Shown here piece after piece: positions 10,717 through 23,600 of a stretch of DNA of 64,000 nt. Origin of the DNA: Ginglymostoma cirratum (taxonomy: Eukaryota). Within the stretch, counting starts at the first letter, position 1. Each line of letters opens with the position of its first letter. The position numbers were made by a program, and so were the translations under genes. The stretch is taken from contig JAHRHZ010000058.1 of assembly GCA_024137785.1 (NCBI GenBank), positions 17,500,599 to 17,564,598 on the forward strand, written 5' to 3'. The notes under the pieces were generated by a model, which saw only the letters and a list, made by a program, of their open reading frames with translations, had not been told where the DNA came from and ran no database searches.

Positions 10717-13660
10717 CACAACAAAGAACAGTACAACACAAGTTCAGGCCCTTTGGCCCACCAAAACTGTGCCAAAACATGATGCCTTTCTAAACTTAAA
10801 AACCTTTTGTCTCTGTGTGGTCACTATGCCTGTATTCCCTGCCAATTCCTACATCTGTCAAGATGCCTGTTAAATGTGGCTATTGTATCTACTTCCAACA
10901 CTCCGTCTGGCAGTGCATTCCAGGAACTCACCACGCTCTGTGTAAAAAATAAAACTTCCTGTCACATCTCCTTTAAACATACCTCCTTTTTATCTTAAAT
11001 CTACGTCCCTAGTAATTGACATTTCCACCCTGGGAGAAAGACTCCAACTATCTATTCTATCTGCGCCTCTCATAGTTTTGTAAACTTCTATCAGGTCACC
11101 CTCTCATCCTTTGATGTTCAAGTGACAACAAGCCAAGTTTGTCCAGTCACACTTCTTGTGGAACTGCATGCTGGTAAACTGTTTCTGTACCCTTTCCAAA
11201 GCCGCCTCATCTTCCTTGTAGTGTGATGACCAGAAAAGTACACAACATTCCAAATTTGGCCTAATGTTATGTACAGCTGCAATGTGATTTGCCAATTTTT
11301 ATACTCCACACCCTGACTAATAAAGGCATGCATGCCATATGCCGTCTTGACCAATTTATCCACTTGTGTTGCCACTTTGAGGGAACTGTAGATCTCTATG
11401 CTAAGATTCCTCTTTATGTTGATGCTGTTGAGGGTTCAGCCAATCACTGTATACTTCCCTCCTGCATTAGACCTTCCAAAATACATCATCTCACATTTGT
11501 GTGGACTAAACTCTATTTGCCATTTCTTTGCCCGAGTCTTCAGCCTATCTATATCCTGCTATGTTCTCTGGCAATCCCTCTCACCATCCACAGCTACCCC
11601 AATCTTTGTCATCTGCAAACTTGCTAATCAGGCCATCTACATTCTACTCGAAATTGTACGTATGTTATAGTGGTACCAGAAATGACCTCTGCGAAACACC
11701 AGATCTCCAGTCAGAAAAACCTTCCACTGCTACTCTCTCTGTTCTTACGACTTAGCCAATTCTGTAATCTTCTTACCAGCTCACCACAGATCTAATGTGA
11801 CTTCACCACCTTTTGAATGGGATGTGTTGTTGCAGTTATACAGGGCCATGGTGAGACCGCACCTGGAATATTGTGTGCCGCTTTGGTCTCTTTTTCAGAG
11901 GAAGGATGTTGTTGCTCTTGACGGAGTGCTGTGAAGGTTTACCAGGCTGATTCTAGGGTTGGCAGGTCTGACATATGAGGAGAGATTGACGAGGTTGGGA
12001 TTGGTTTTGCTAGAGTTCAGATGAATGAGGGGAAATCTTATAGTGACTAATAAAATTCTAACAGGAGCAGACAGGGTAAATGCAGGGAGGACGTTCCCGA
12101 TGGTGGGTGTGTCCAGAACCAGCCGTCACAGGGTAGATGATTTAGCATGGAGATGAGGAGACATTTCTTTACCCAAAGAGTGTTCAGCCTGTGGAATTCA
12201 TTACCACAGGAAATAGTTGATGCCAAAACACTGAATATATTGAAGAGGCAACTAGATTACAGCACTTGGGGCGAATGGGATCAAAAGTTATGAGGAGAAA
12301 GCAGGATTAGGCTATTGAGTTGAATGATCAGCCATGATCGTGAAGAATGGCTGCCTCTTGCTCCTATCTTCTATATTTCTGTGTTTCTATCAGCCTGCCA
12401 TGAGGGACCTTGCTAAAGGACCTTGCAGCCAATGTGTACTGGCCTACCCTCATGATTCGTCTTTGTCACTTCCTCAAACAAACTCAATTAAGTTTGTGAG
12501 ACATGATCTTCCCTGCACAAAACCATTATGCAATAAGTCCATATTTTTCGAAATGTGAGTAAATTCTATTCCCAAGAATCTTCTCTACAAATTTCCCTAC
12601 CACTGACCTAAAGGTCATCAGCCTGTGATTTCCAGATATATCCCTGTTGCCCTTCTTAAACAAAGGAATAACGTTGGCTTTTCTCCAGTCCTCTGGGACC
12701 TCTCCTGCTACTAAAGAGGATACAAAGATTCTGTTCAAGGCTCCTGAAATTTCCTCACTTGCCTCCCTCAGCATTTTGGAATAGATCCCATCTGGTCCTG
12801 GGGACTTGTTTACCTTAATACATTTCAAAACACCCAACGCCTTTTTCATATCTCCATGCCTTAGAATATCAATAAACCCCTTCCAAGGCTCACCATCCAG
12901 CATGTCTTTGTCCTTTGCGAATCCCAAGACAAAGTATTTGCTAAGGACCTCACCCACTTCCTCTGGCTCCACATATAAATTCCCTCCTTTGTCCTTGAGT
13001 CAACCTGTCCTTTCCCTAGCCACCCTCTAGCTCCTTATATCTGTATAAAATGCCTTGGGATTTTCCTTAATCCTGTTTGCCAAGCCCTTTTAGCCCTCCT
13101 AATTCCTTGTTCATGTTCTTTCCTGCTAGCTTTGTATTCTTTGAGGGTCCTGCCTGTCTTCAGTTTCTTAAACCTTATGTTTGCCTGCTTTTTCATTTTA
13201 AATAAACTGTCAATTTTTCTTGTCATCCTAGTTCCTGCTTAATGTTGTAGTAGAGCCTTCCCTCAATTACGTATTTTCACCTGAGGACTACTCTTGCCCT
13301 TATCCATAAGTAACTTAAATAATTATAGGCACTGTTCCCAAAATGAACCCCCATTGAAACTTTGACCACCTGGTTGGGCTTAGTCCCCAGTACCAGGTCT
13401 AGTATGGCTCCTTCCCTAGTTGGACTATTTACATATTGTTTCAAAAAACTGTTCTGGACATACATAATAATCTCTTCCCAATCAAGGCCTCTGCCACTAA
13501 GCGAGTCGCAGTCAATATAGGGGAAGTTAAATTCTCCCACCCCAGTAACTCTGTTGTTTTGCCATTTTTTTCTTAATTTGTTCACATATCTGTCCTTCTC
13601 ACACCCGTTGGTTTTTGGGAAGCCTATAGTCCAATCCCATTGAAGTGATTTCACTCTGAT
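10717..13660 (-). mobile_element. CR1 LINE ORF2 remnant (APE endonuclease + RT), decayed
   Basis: VGEFNFPYID..PTREGAILDLVL (endonuclease); KSPGPDGIY...VPEDWRKANVIPLFKKG (RT); RPNLECCVLFWS; frameshifts and stops. Confidence 0.9.
11813..12390 (+). mobile_element. CR1 LINE 3' fragment nested in the opposite-strand CR1
   Basis: LQLYRAMVRPHLEYCVPLWS; ends in ctcctatcttctatatttctgtgtttcta tail. Confidence 0.82.
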
Positions 13661-13679
13661 TCCATCTTTCCATGCTTTT

Positions 13680-13990
13680 TACGCACCCCACGTCCAGTCC
13701 TGTTATGACATGGGTTCCATTTAACACAGTCACCCATTCTCGTCTACTCCTAGGTCTATTATTACATTTTACAGGTTTGCTTTCAGCACAGCTCACCCAT
13801 TCTCTCCTACTCTTAACTCTTAATATCACTCACTCACTCATCCTGGCGTACTATCCATATTGTCCTTGTTTACCTGCCCCTTCTATATCTCTCTCTGCGC
13901 TCCAGTACAACCTATCTGCTCACTTCACTCCTTCCTTGCCCCCCACCTCCTCCAATATTATCTTCAGCATAAATATCACTTATTGCTAGC
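13680..13990 (+). mobile_element. Probable Penelope-like 3' region remnant (pyrimidine-rich)
   Basis: Composition and motifs resemble the pyrimidine-rich region preceding the pLTR at 23601-23900. Confidence 0.35.
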
Positions 13991-14010
13991 TGTTAACAAT
14001 TGGGAACATT

Positions 14011-15030
14011 GTCAGATGTCACATGGCACCAGGTTCTAGTCCAACAGGTTTATTTGAAATCACAAGCTTTCAGAGCACTGCACCTTCATCAGGTGAAGTG
14101 AAGGAAAGCATTTTCCACCCTAAACACATTAAAGAAGCCATACCCTACAAGTCCTGATCTGTTCAAACAAGGAGGAACGTGATGGACACCTAAAGATGCT
14201 GAAAGACACTCTCATAAGAACGGGATGAGATGCTCAACTCATCGATCGTGAGTTCCGACCTGCCACAGTGCAACGACATCCTCAGAAGACAGACACAGGA
14301 TATGACTGATAGGGTACCCTGCATTGTCCAGTACTTCCCCGGAATCGAGAAATTACGCCATGTTCTTCACAGCCTTCAACATGTCATCGATGACAATGAC
14401 CGCCTCATCAAGATCATTCATACGCCCCCACTTCTCACCTTCAAACAACTGCCAAATCTTAAACAGACCATCGTTTGCAGCAAACTACCCAGCCTTCAGG
14501 ACAACATCGGCCATGACACCACACAACTTTGCCACAGCAACTTCCACAAGACATGTCAGATCATTGACATGGATACTACCATTACACATGCAAACACCAC
14601 CCACCATGTACACAGCAGATACTCATGTGACTCAGCCAATGTTGTCTACCTCACATGCTGTAGGCAAGGATGGCCCGAGGCAAGTTATATTGGCGAGACC
14701 ATACAGACACTACAACAATGGATGAATGGACACTGCATAACAATCACCAGACAGGAATGTTCCCTCTCAGGCGGAGAACACTTCAGCAGTCAAGGACATT
14801 CAGCCTTCGATCTTCGGGTAAGTGTCCTCCAAGGCGGCGTTCAAGATACACAAAAATGCCGAATCACTGAGCAGAAACTGATAGCTAAGCTCCGTACCCA
14901 TGAAGATGGCCTCAAGCATGATCTTGGATTCATGTTGTCTTACATGTAACCCCACCATACTGTTCTGTGTTTGTAAAATCTTCTTTACTGTCCTGTTTTG
15001 ACACCACCACCTTGATAACTTGTGATTAAA
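14011..15030 (+). mobile_element. Penelope-like retroelement, 5'-truncated, GIY-YIG ORF with an inverted pLTR at its 5' end
   Basis: ORF 14230-14949: SCDSANVVYLTCC..YIGETIQTLQQWMNGH...EHF...EQKLIAKLRTHEDGL; minus-strand pLTR 14011-14100 with CTGATGA..GAAAGCT hammerhead core (14065-14092). Confidence 0.88.
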
Positions 15031-16574
15031 ATGTGAAGGGAAGTCTCTGTAAATGGAAACAGGTCCCCTCATGCTAAGGTCATGTCAATTCCATTCTGAC
15101 CAAATGCTATTCATGATACAGAAAAGGTGAAAAAAGTGATGATTTAATTAAAGAAACTAATAATAAGTGTAGGAAGACTAACATCTGTTATGCCTGTAGA
15201 AAGCTGGATTTTTGCACTTCAGCAAGAAGGAAACCAGATGTTGCTTATAAAGAATAATAGTCACAATATAGATTAACCAAATATCAGATGAAAAACAGCT
15301 GGATAAATTTACAACATGCTGACTGACAAAAACAAAAATGCTTTAGATCATTGTGCCCCTTGGATATCAGAGACCATGTCCAATGAGTGCTTGAAAATTA
15401 ATGTTTAACTACAATATTGTGCTCAGCTGTTGCGAAGCCCTCATTTAATTGTTTCATTTCTCATTGTGGATTACATACTTGAAATTAATAATTTTGATAA
15501 GACCTAATAGAGAAAAAATGATCCTTTGAGAAATTGAATATCATTTGTCTCTTGAGCCCGACACACGACTGATATTCCTTTGTCTAAATGTGGTGTGGCC
15601 TAGGCATATTTATGTGTAAGAATGCCAATCACAGCAGTCCAATACTCACCTATATAGCCCACCAACTCAGCAAAAGTATTGAACAAGTAATTTTAAAAAA
15701 TGAGAAATCCTCAGCACATCATTTAAATTTGCTGTTGTGTGTAAATTAAATATCAATGGATGTGATCTGTGTCTTCCCATGATGAAAAATGACCATGCGT
15801 TGCATTCCACTGCAACCCCAAATATGTTCATGTTTTCTTGATTTTGTATCCAAGCAAACGACTGCTATCGTCCAAACATGATAAAGCATGGTGAAATAAT
15901 ATGTGAACAACAGAGATTTGTCTGCAAGTGTATCTTTTACTGTATCTATACAGTAAACCAAGGACTCCTGATAGTCCCTGGCATCTAATTTCTCAAATGT
16001 GGGATAAAATATTAAATGTCAGGAAACCTACAAGTAATTGCAAGGCTACAGCATAAAAAATGTATTTAAAATGGAAAATACAATGGGGAAGATAAGATTT
16101 TTTGCATAGCACTTTGCACTGCCTGAAGAGTAAAGTGAGGCAGAGAGAATTGCAACTTTGAATTGGGTATATCCTTAAAAATAAAATATTTTCAGGGCAA
16201 TGGAAAAGAACAATGGATTGGAACTAGTTGTCCTTTCAAAGAATTGAAAGAGTTCAAAGATTGTAAGATTGCTCTTAAGATTCTATTATTTATGTTGTAG
16301 TTCTACCAACAGCCAGAGGCTGATGTCAAAGATAATTGCAGCATACCCCAACCTGCCACAATCTCTGCCCATGGACACTGCAGGACTCCTTCGTAGAGAT
16401 CATGGAATTTTTTCATAAATATATGCATGGCTGTGAGACTAGAATTCCCACGACAGACAAAATATCCTAGTTCTGCAAAAATTATATATCTGAGCTAATA
16501 CAGTTAACACATGCATTGTTTACATCTGTTATTTTATTAGATTATATACAGGTGACATTTTGTTGGTTAAGAAT

Positions 16575-16730
16575 ATTTAAATATCAGATTGAAATACAAT
16601 GCTGGTAATCTGAAAAAAGATTGAAAATGTTGGAAATAATGAGTGGGTTATTAGTACCTTTAACATTTCAAATAGGATCTTCCATCAGAATTTATTTGTG
16701 AACATTTCCACTATTTTCAGTTTTTATTCC
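16575..16730. mobile_element. Highly decayed fold-back pLTR-like element
   Basis: tgctggtaatctgaaaaaagattgaaaatgttggaaat ... aacatttccactattttcagtttttatt loose inverted arms around cttccatcagaa. Confidence 0.35.
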
Positions 16731-18653
16731 TCATTTAAGTCAAATCAATTTTAAAAATAAATGAAATATATGAAGGATATGTCTACAGATGGATTATCTA
16801 AGATACAGTAGCTGGCTGATTGATTAAATACATCCTACTTTCAGGGAATCTTTCCCAAAGTTATTACAAATCGGACAACTATTGTTGTTTTACTTAGTGG
16901 AAAATTGAACAACATGCAACCCAAATATCCCAGTAAACAATGTCAGTGGGTGCTACTCATTACTATTAATGTACATTTGCAAAATTAGTCCTGATAGTTT
17001 CAGTCCTGTTGTGACTGTGGAAATGACATTTGTGAAACATATCTACTCTAAAATGAAAAATAAAGGTTCTTTTGTGGTCGGTTAAATGATGTTGCTTATT
17101 TTGCCAATTTTGAAATTTAAGCTATCTTAGTATTTTGGTCGTAAATTAATTATTAGATTAACAACAATAAATACACACTTAGTTGCATTTCAAAGTTAAG
17201 GAAAAAATCACTTCTTCGAACTCTTGTATTAATTCAACTCCCTTGTGTACTTTGGGTAGATTTCATGTCAACAGAGTCTTGATGTTTGACTGATTAGGAT
17301 ATTTAGGTAGGCCAAATGTTAACATAGAACTGAATATCTTTTGACTCAAAATCACGACGTTACAACCTACATTTTTATATCTGGACCTGGGTTACAATTA
17401 GGTCTAAAGAAGTGGACTGAAAATTTCCTCTCTCTCGTAGCTGCTGAGGGCCTAATTCCAATATGTTTTTATGTTCTGTCCCCAATTCCTAGTTGGTAGC
17501 AAGCTCTAGCTTAATATTTAGCATAACATTGAATACAATTGTACAGAAACTAGCATTGTACTGATGTTCTGAACAACAGTGCTTGTAGATCTAGCAATTG
17601 AAATTCCGTTTTAATGGATCACTACTCTGATATTAAGAACGATGTTTGTGTAATGGTGAGAAATCTTTGTCCAACATTTAAGAAAAACTTGTATTTAAAC
17701 TTGTTTTATCACATCTTTCAAAGCAATAATAAGGCCTCATAAGAAGATACTATTAACAACAGAGATAAATTATTAGACTGCTTTTGGAGCTGTTTGAGAG
17801 AAGAAAATCAAAAGAACTAATTGTTGATCTTAAAAGGTGCCATTCAATTTGTAACTTTAACTTGAACCTTGGGAACGGGCAGGTATGAACTAATATCTCA
17901 TCTAATATATAGGTAACCTTAAAAGTACTTGATTCAGATGCAAGATTTAAAAATGTGAGAAGCACTGTTTCCCCAGTGCTCAAGCATCTCTTTTAAATAC
18001 AAAGAAATGAAAAGATTTATCATTGCAGACCAATGCTGGCCATTAACGACTGAGCAGTTGGCTATGATGTGACTTTATCTGTCATTATAGTAACTATCTC
18101 ATCACGCAGTATGCTTTGGTTCATAATGACCTGGACCACACGGATCACGGACATTAACATCTGTTAACAAAAGCTGAATGCTGTTGTTAGACTTTAGTTA
18201 ACAACGCATGGAATTTGGCTCATTTAGTCAGTATCCAGTTTCTGCTACCTTACTCTGGGGCACTGAAGCTATATAGTTCTGCCTCACCTGTGATGAACCA
18301 ACTCAGGAGATACAAGGATTTCAACTTGAGGCTTTCCTGTTCTTTATGAATCAGTACCATACCATGTGGTGTAATTACTGAGTTGTCAGGCCAGATCACC
18401 ATATATGCTAAAATTTGTCTCATTAGACTGAAAGTGTGGTTCCAGTATCGTGCTGATCAAGACAAGGTAAACTGACTCAGTAAGGTCTGATAATTTTAAA
18501 TATAAGTAAAAGCTGAAATATGTCACTACCTTCTTTAACACTGAAGGTGTATGATTCTATTGCTGGGTTGCTGCATAATCAGAAACTGCAGAGCATTTAT
18601 TTCAATTTATCTCTTATTTCATTGACACTGCTTTCTTCTTATTTTTCCAAAAG

Positions 18654-18932
18654 TCCCACCAAGTATCAAAGGTGGTAACATCACAACTGACTTGACAGTT
18701 TTGCTGAATCACCCTATCACCTTGGAATGTGAAGCTCGTGGCATCCCCTTGCCTGCTATAACATGGTACAAAGCCGATCGACCAATCATCTCTAGTCCCC
18801 ACGCTACATATATTAACAGAGGGCAATTCCTTCAGATCCCCCAGGCCCATGTATCGGATACAGGCCAGTATACTTGTCGTGTCACCAGTATTGCCGGAAT
18901 TGCTGAAAAACACTATGTGTTGGATGTGTACG
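18654..18932 (+). CDS. HMCN1: HMCN1 exon 5, complete Ig 3: VPPSIKGGNITTDLTVLLNHPITLECEARGIP...DTGQYTCRVTSIAGIAEKHYVLDVY
   Basis: AAG acceptor, GTAAGA donor; 279 nt, phase 1->1. Confidence 0.94.
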
Positions 18933-19866
18933 GTAAGAATTTGCCTTGTATATTTCTTTATCTTTTATCCTTCTCCTTCATTTTGTAAGCTTGTGTTTCC
19001 AGCCAGGCAAGTCAATAAATATTGAATCAATTTTGTTGCATCTCTTAAGGCAATTTTAGCCTACACAGAAAAATGTTGTTTTCTTGCAAATTTAGGAATA
19101 GATTAATATACTAGGTATCTGTACTCCCATTTCCAAGTGAGATGAGGCATATTTCCCCCTAAAAGTGTAGGAGAGAAGAGTTTAGACTTCACCAATGGTG
19201 ATACCACTGATTGCAGTGTTGGACCAGTCTGATTTACGATGGGCAATTTTTTTTTTGCTTTACTCCTTAATCTACAATCCTGTGTTTCCAACTATTTCAC
19301 ATTCTAATTTCACCAGTAGTGTAATTAAACACAGAAAGTGACAATATGCAAAATATTTTTGGGGTTTACAAAGATATTGAGGTTTTGACCATAGATGGCA
19401 CAGAAATTGTACGTTGTTGTATTGATAAATTTATTGTTCAAGATAAATAAAGATTCAATTGTAATAAATTAGCAGTGCAAACAAATTTAAGTAATGTGTC
19501 ACATTTAAATAAAATTCACAGTTTTGAATATTACTGCTCAGCGCTATCTTCTATTCCTCCTCAAACCCCACATTTTTCTTCCATTACTTCCTAAATGTAA
19601 TGGACTCACTGCAATGTAATTCCACGGGCAATGGCTATCATGTAACAACTCAACAAAATCGCTATTCTGTTTGTTTGAACCTATGAGCAGCAGAAGAGGC
19701 CTTAGTGTGGGGTTGCCATGTTCTCACCTGACATGCTTACCCAGTATGGACAGAATTTTAATCTGTATAGTACCTGTCACTCTCAACACCATAGGAAACA
19801 GAATAGCTATTCATTTCATTGCTATTTTTAGGATCTCAAGCTCCAATAAGCAACTATATTTGCCGA

Positions 19867-20083
19867 CAGAGATAGTAAGAACTGCTGATGCTGGAGTCAA
19901 AGATAACACAGTGTGGAGCTGGAGGAGCGCAGCAGGCCAGGCAGCATCAGAGGAGCAGGAAAGCTGACATTTCAGGTTGGGACCCTTCCTCAGAAAGAAG
20001 GAGGAGGATCCTGACCTGAAACGTCAACTTTCCTGCTCTCCAATGTTGCCTGCCTGCTGTGCTCCCGCAGATCCACACTGTGT
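19867..20083. mobile_element. Fold-back Penelope-pLTR/hammerhead mini-element (copy 2)
   Basis: Inverted arms around ~19995; exact 12-bp TSD tatatttgccga (19855-19866 / 20084-20095); minus-strand core CTGAGGA-AGGGTCCCAACCT-GAAATGTC. Confidence 0.88.
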
Positions 20084-21232
20084 TATATTTGCCGAAAAAC
20101 AACAATAAGTGCAATTCAAACGTTATTGGCTGCAAACCATTTGGATCAATGGCAACATGGAAACAGCTATAAAAGTGGTGCAAGTTCTTTTTTCTTTTAG
20201 GATGTTTCTGAGGGTCTCAAAGTAAATTGAATGCTTGAATTCCAGTCATATCGACCAATTTGTATACAGTGACAATTTGTAATCAGCAAATCAAATGAAT
20301 GACCAATTGTTTTTAGTTGAGGAATTAGTATTTGTAATGGTACTAGGAGAACTCTCAGTACTTGTCAAGATAGTTTCTGGAAAGGGAACTATCTGAAAAG
20401 GAAATTTGGATAATTTTTACCTATCTCCATAGCCAGTTTGCATGAAGGCTAATTAAAATATTCCAGCCAGTTTCAGTTTTTTCAGCAAGTTATTTTAGTA
20501 TGGTGATTTATGCTTAGTATCATGATTCCTATCTGAACCATTTGGGAACAAACACAACAGGTCAGATTTTTGGTAAGGTCATGATTAGACCCAACTTTCA
20601 CTCCGGGGTGGCAGGGTGGGATGAAATCAGACCCGCTGACATGTGACAAAGTGGGTTGCTTTCAAGGCCACCTTAATTCTTCTTGTCTGGCCATATGCTT
20701 TAGAAGTGTTTAGGCTCTCTGACCCTCACTTTTGACAGCCCCATTCCTCTCGGCCTCTCATAACCCTGTTCTACCACTATGCTAAGTTAATATGCTCACA
20801 TCAAATTTAGTTAATCTTTTAATAACCTCTTTAAATGGCCAGTCAAATTGTGAACGCAGAATCAGCTACTGAGATAATGGTGCTTCTGAAACTCGGCCAA
20901 CTATTGATGATGAACAGTCCTTCATGAAATGTCAAAAAAAGTACTGTCGACATTGTAGGACAAAATGGCAATTTACTTTGTAAATACACAAGATGGCTTG
21001 TCAACCAAAGCAATATCGCATAGGGACTTTTTTTGAAAAAACTCTTTGTCAGATTCAGCCTGTTTTTTTCATGTTGAAAGAGGAGGAATTGTTTTTAAAA
21101 TGCCAGTCCTCTTAGAAATGGAGATCTAGTCTATGCATCCAGGTCCTGCCCACCATTTCATTCTAAAAGTCTGTAGTATTAAAAGTGTATTTAAAGGGTA
21201 TATTTATTCTGATGTCTAAATTTATTTTTCAG

Positions 21233-21517
21233 TTCCTCCTCACATTGAAGGGGGAGGTCCTGATGGTCCTCTGCATAAGAAGGTCTCTGTCAGTAACTCA
21301 GTGGTTCTGCAGTGTGACGCATCTGGTTATCCCCCTCCTGTTCTCACGTGGTTGAAGGATGGAGTACCGGTGAAACCTAATGATAACATCCGTGTCCTTC
21401 AGGGAGGCAGAAATTTAGAAATCCTCAATGCATCTGTTCCTAATGCTGGTGGATACATTTGTGTGGCTAGCAGTATTTCTGGCGAAAGCAAAATAGAGTA
21501 CACCATTGATGTTTTAG
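21233..21517 (+). CDS. HMCN1: HMCN1 exon 6, complete Ig 4: VPPHIEGGGPDGPLHKKVSVSNSVVLQCDASG...YICVASSISGESKIEYTIDVL
   Basis: tttttcag acceptor, GTAAGG donor; 285 nt, phase 1->1. Confidence 0.94.
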
Positions 21518-22383
21518 GTAAGGAGATAGAAGAATTTATGGACTAATTCTGCAACTCCCATTCCTATCAAAATGCCACAACAAATGGGGTCAGAGATAGG
21601 AATTGAACTCTGGCCTGATACTAGCTCCTTACGAGCATGAAAGTAGTCTTACCACTTACGATGAACATCTGTCTCATCATTGCTGGGAGCCTTGATCACT
21701 TTAAAATGAATAATTTTGTTGGACGATTATGATTATACTCAGCCAGCTTATTATATAAAGGTGCTTTGATCTATCGTTCACTCAGTTAAAATTCTTCTAA
21801 CAAATATTAATATTGGTGTAGAAATTAAGAGAAACATTTTTTCATTTGATCTTCCTTTGAGTGAACATTAAGACATCTCTATATCTGTGCAATAGCACTT
21901 AAGCCATAGTCAATGTCATTTAAACCGTGGACCTAATTTGAATAAGAAAAAGTTATTCTTTCGCTCACCCTTTGAGGCTTATAGTAGTAAATTGTGCAAA
22001 TATTTGGCCAAATCAAATTCTTACTTACTATTCAAAGTGTATTTTGAACACAAACTGTTATGTTTTTACATTTACTCTTCTTTATAATCTGGATAGATTG
22101 ATTGCAAAAAATGATCTGTGCTATTTTTATGGGTAAGAAAATATCAGCAATTTAATAATGGAAATGGATACATTATATTAGCAGAGGTTAAAATGGATGG
22201 TATTTCATTTTTATAGAGCATATAGTTGGAATGAACAAATAACAGTATGGTGCAGTATTCTGCTGCATTCAATGGAATGTAGACAGTATTTCAAAGATGA
22301 GTTTTAGTTGACTGGTTATTTTGTATAGCACTATCCATGTGATTTGGATGCAACAAAGCTCTTTTTTTCTGCATTTTGTACAG

Positions 22384-22489
22384 TGCCACCAAATATAGAA
22401 GGAAATGATGCCACAGACACCACTGTAGTTGTCCACAATCCACTGGAACTCAAGTGTGATGCAAAAGGAACTCCTCCTCCAAATATCAT
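22384..22489 (+). CDS. HMCN1: HMCN1 exon 7, N-part of Ig 5: VPPNIEGNDATDTTVVVHNPLELKCDAKGTPPPNI(M)
   Basis: CAG acceptor, GTAAGA donor; phase 1->2. Confidence 0.92.
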
Positions 22490-22504
22490 GTAAGACTTTA
22501 GCAA

Positions 22505-23600
22505 TAGCAAGTAATACAAAAACAGACAACAGGAGCTTCTTTAAATATAGAAAAAGGAAGAGTGAGGCTGAAGTGAATGTAGCCCCCTTAGAGATTAAGT
22601 TTGGGGAAATAATAACGGGGTGCAGGGAATGGTAGAGGAGTAAATACTTTGCATCGGTGTTCACAGTAGAGGACATTAATAGCATTCTAAAAATACTAAA
22701 TAATCAAGCGGTAATTTATTGGGGGAAATAAATACAACAGCAATCAGGTTAAAAAGTACCAGGGAAACTAATGGGCCATATACTGAAACGACCCCTGGAC
22801 CTTGATGTGTGGAATTTTAAGATAGTATACCAAGTAGCTACAGGAATGATGGATGCACTGATAATAATATTCCAAAAATCCTTAGATTATGCAAAAGTCC
22901 CAAACAATTGGAAAACTGCCAATGCAACACCCTTATTCAAAAAGTGATGTAGACAGGAAACAATAGGCCAGTTAACGTAATTTTGTTTTATTCATTCACG
23001 GGATGAGGGGGCCACTAGCTAGGCTGACATTCATTGGCCAGAGGGCAGTTAAGAGTCAACAACATTGCTGTGGGTCTGGAGTCACATGTAAGCCAGACCA
23101 GATAAGAATGGCAGTTTCCTTCCCTAAAGGATATTAATGAACCAGGTGGGTTTTTCTTGATAATCAACAATGGAATCATGGTCATCATTAGATTCTTAAT
23201 TCCAGATTTTTCTGTTACTGAATTCAAATTCCACCGTCTGCCTTAGTGGGATCTGAACCCATGTCTGAGAAATATTCCTGGGTCTCTGGATAATATGACT
23301 AGACAATCCTCTCTCCAATATCAGCCATTGGGAAAAAGTTAGAGTCTATTATAAAGGATACAACAGGAGAGCGTATAGAAATGCATAACTGAACAGAATC
23401 AGCATGGCCTCATGAAGGGGCTGTCATCGTTGACAAATCTGTTACAATTCTTTGGGAGGTAAAAAGCAGGATAGATAGAGTGGGATCAGTAGAATATTGT
23501 GTGTTTCCAAAATGTTTTGATAAGTTATTGGGTGTAAGAGGCTATTTAATAAGATACGACCCCATGGAGCTGAGGTTGATATATTAGTGTGGATAGAGAA
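22505..23600 (+). mobile_element. CR1 LINE ORF2 internal fragment, interrupted by a SINE
   Basis: ASNTKTDNRSFFKYRKRK..NVAPLE; KYFASVFTVED; VPNNWKTANATPLFKK; NRPV..SAIGK. Confidence 0.85.
22981..23305 (-). mobile_element. tRNA-derived SINE with LINE-derived tail
   Basis: Minus-strand B-box-like gggttcagatccc near 23250; 3' tail similar to that of the LINE at 1147; inserted inside the CR1 RT region. Confidence 0.65.

Noticed and set aside
14230-14949. Possible domesticated GIY-YIG gene
   Set aside because: 5'-truncated, substitutions at normally conserved positions (e.g. R->W before MNGH), flanked by a pLTR; best explained as a young TE fragment
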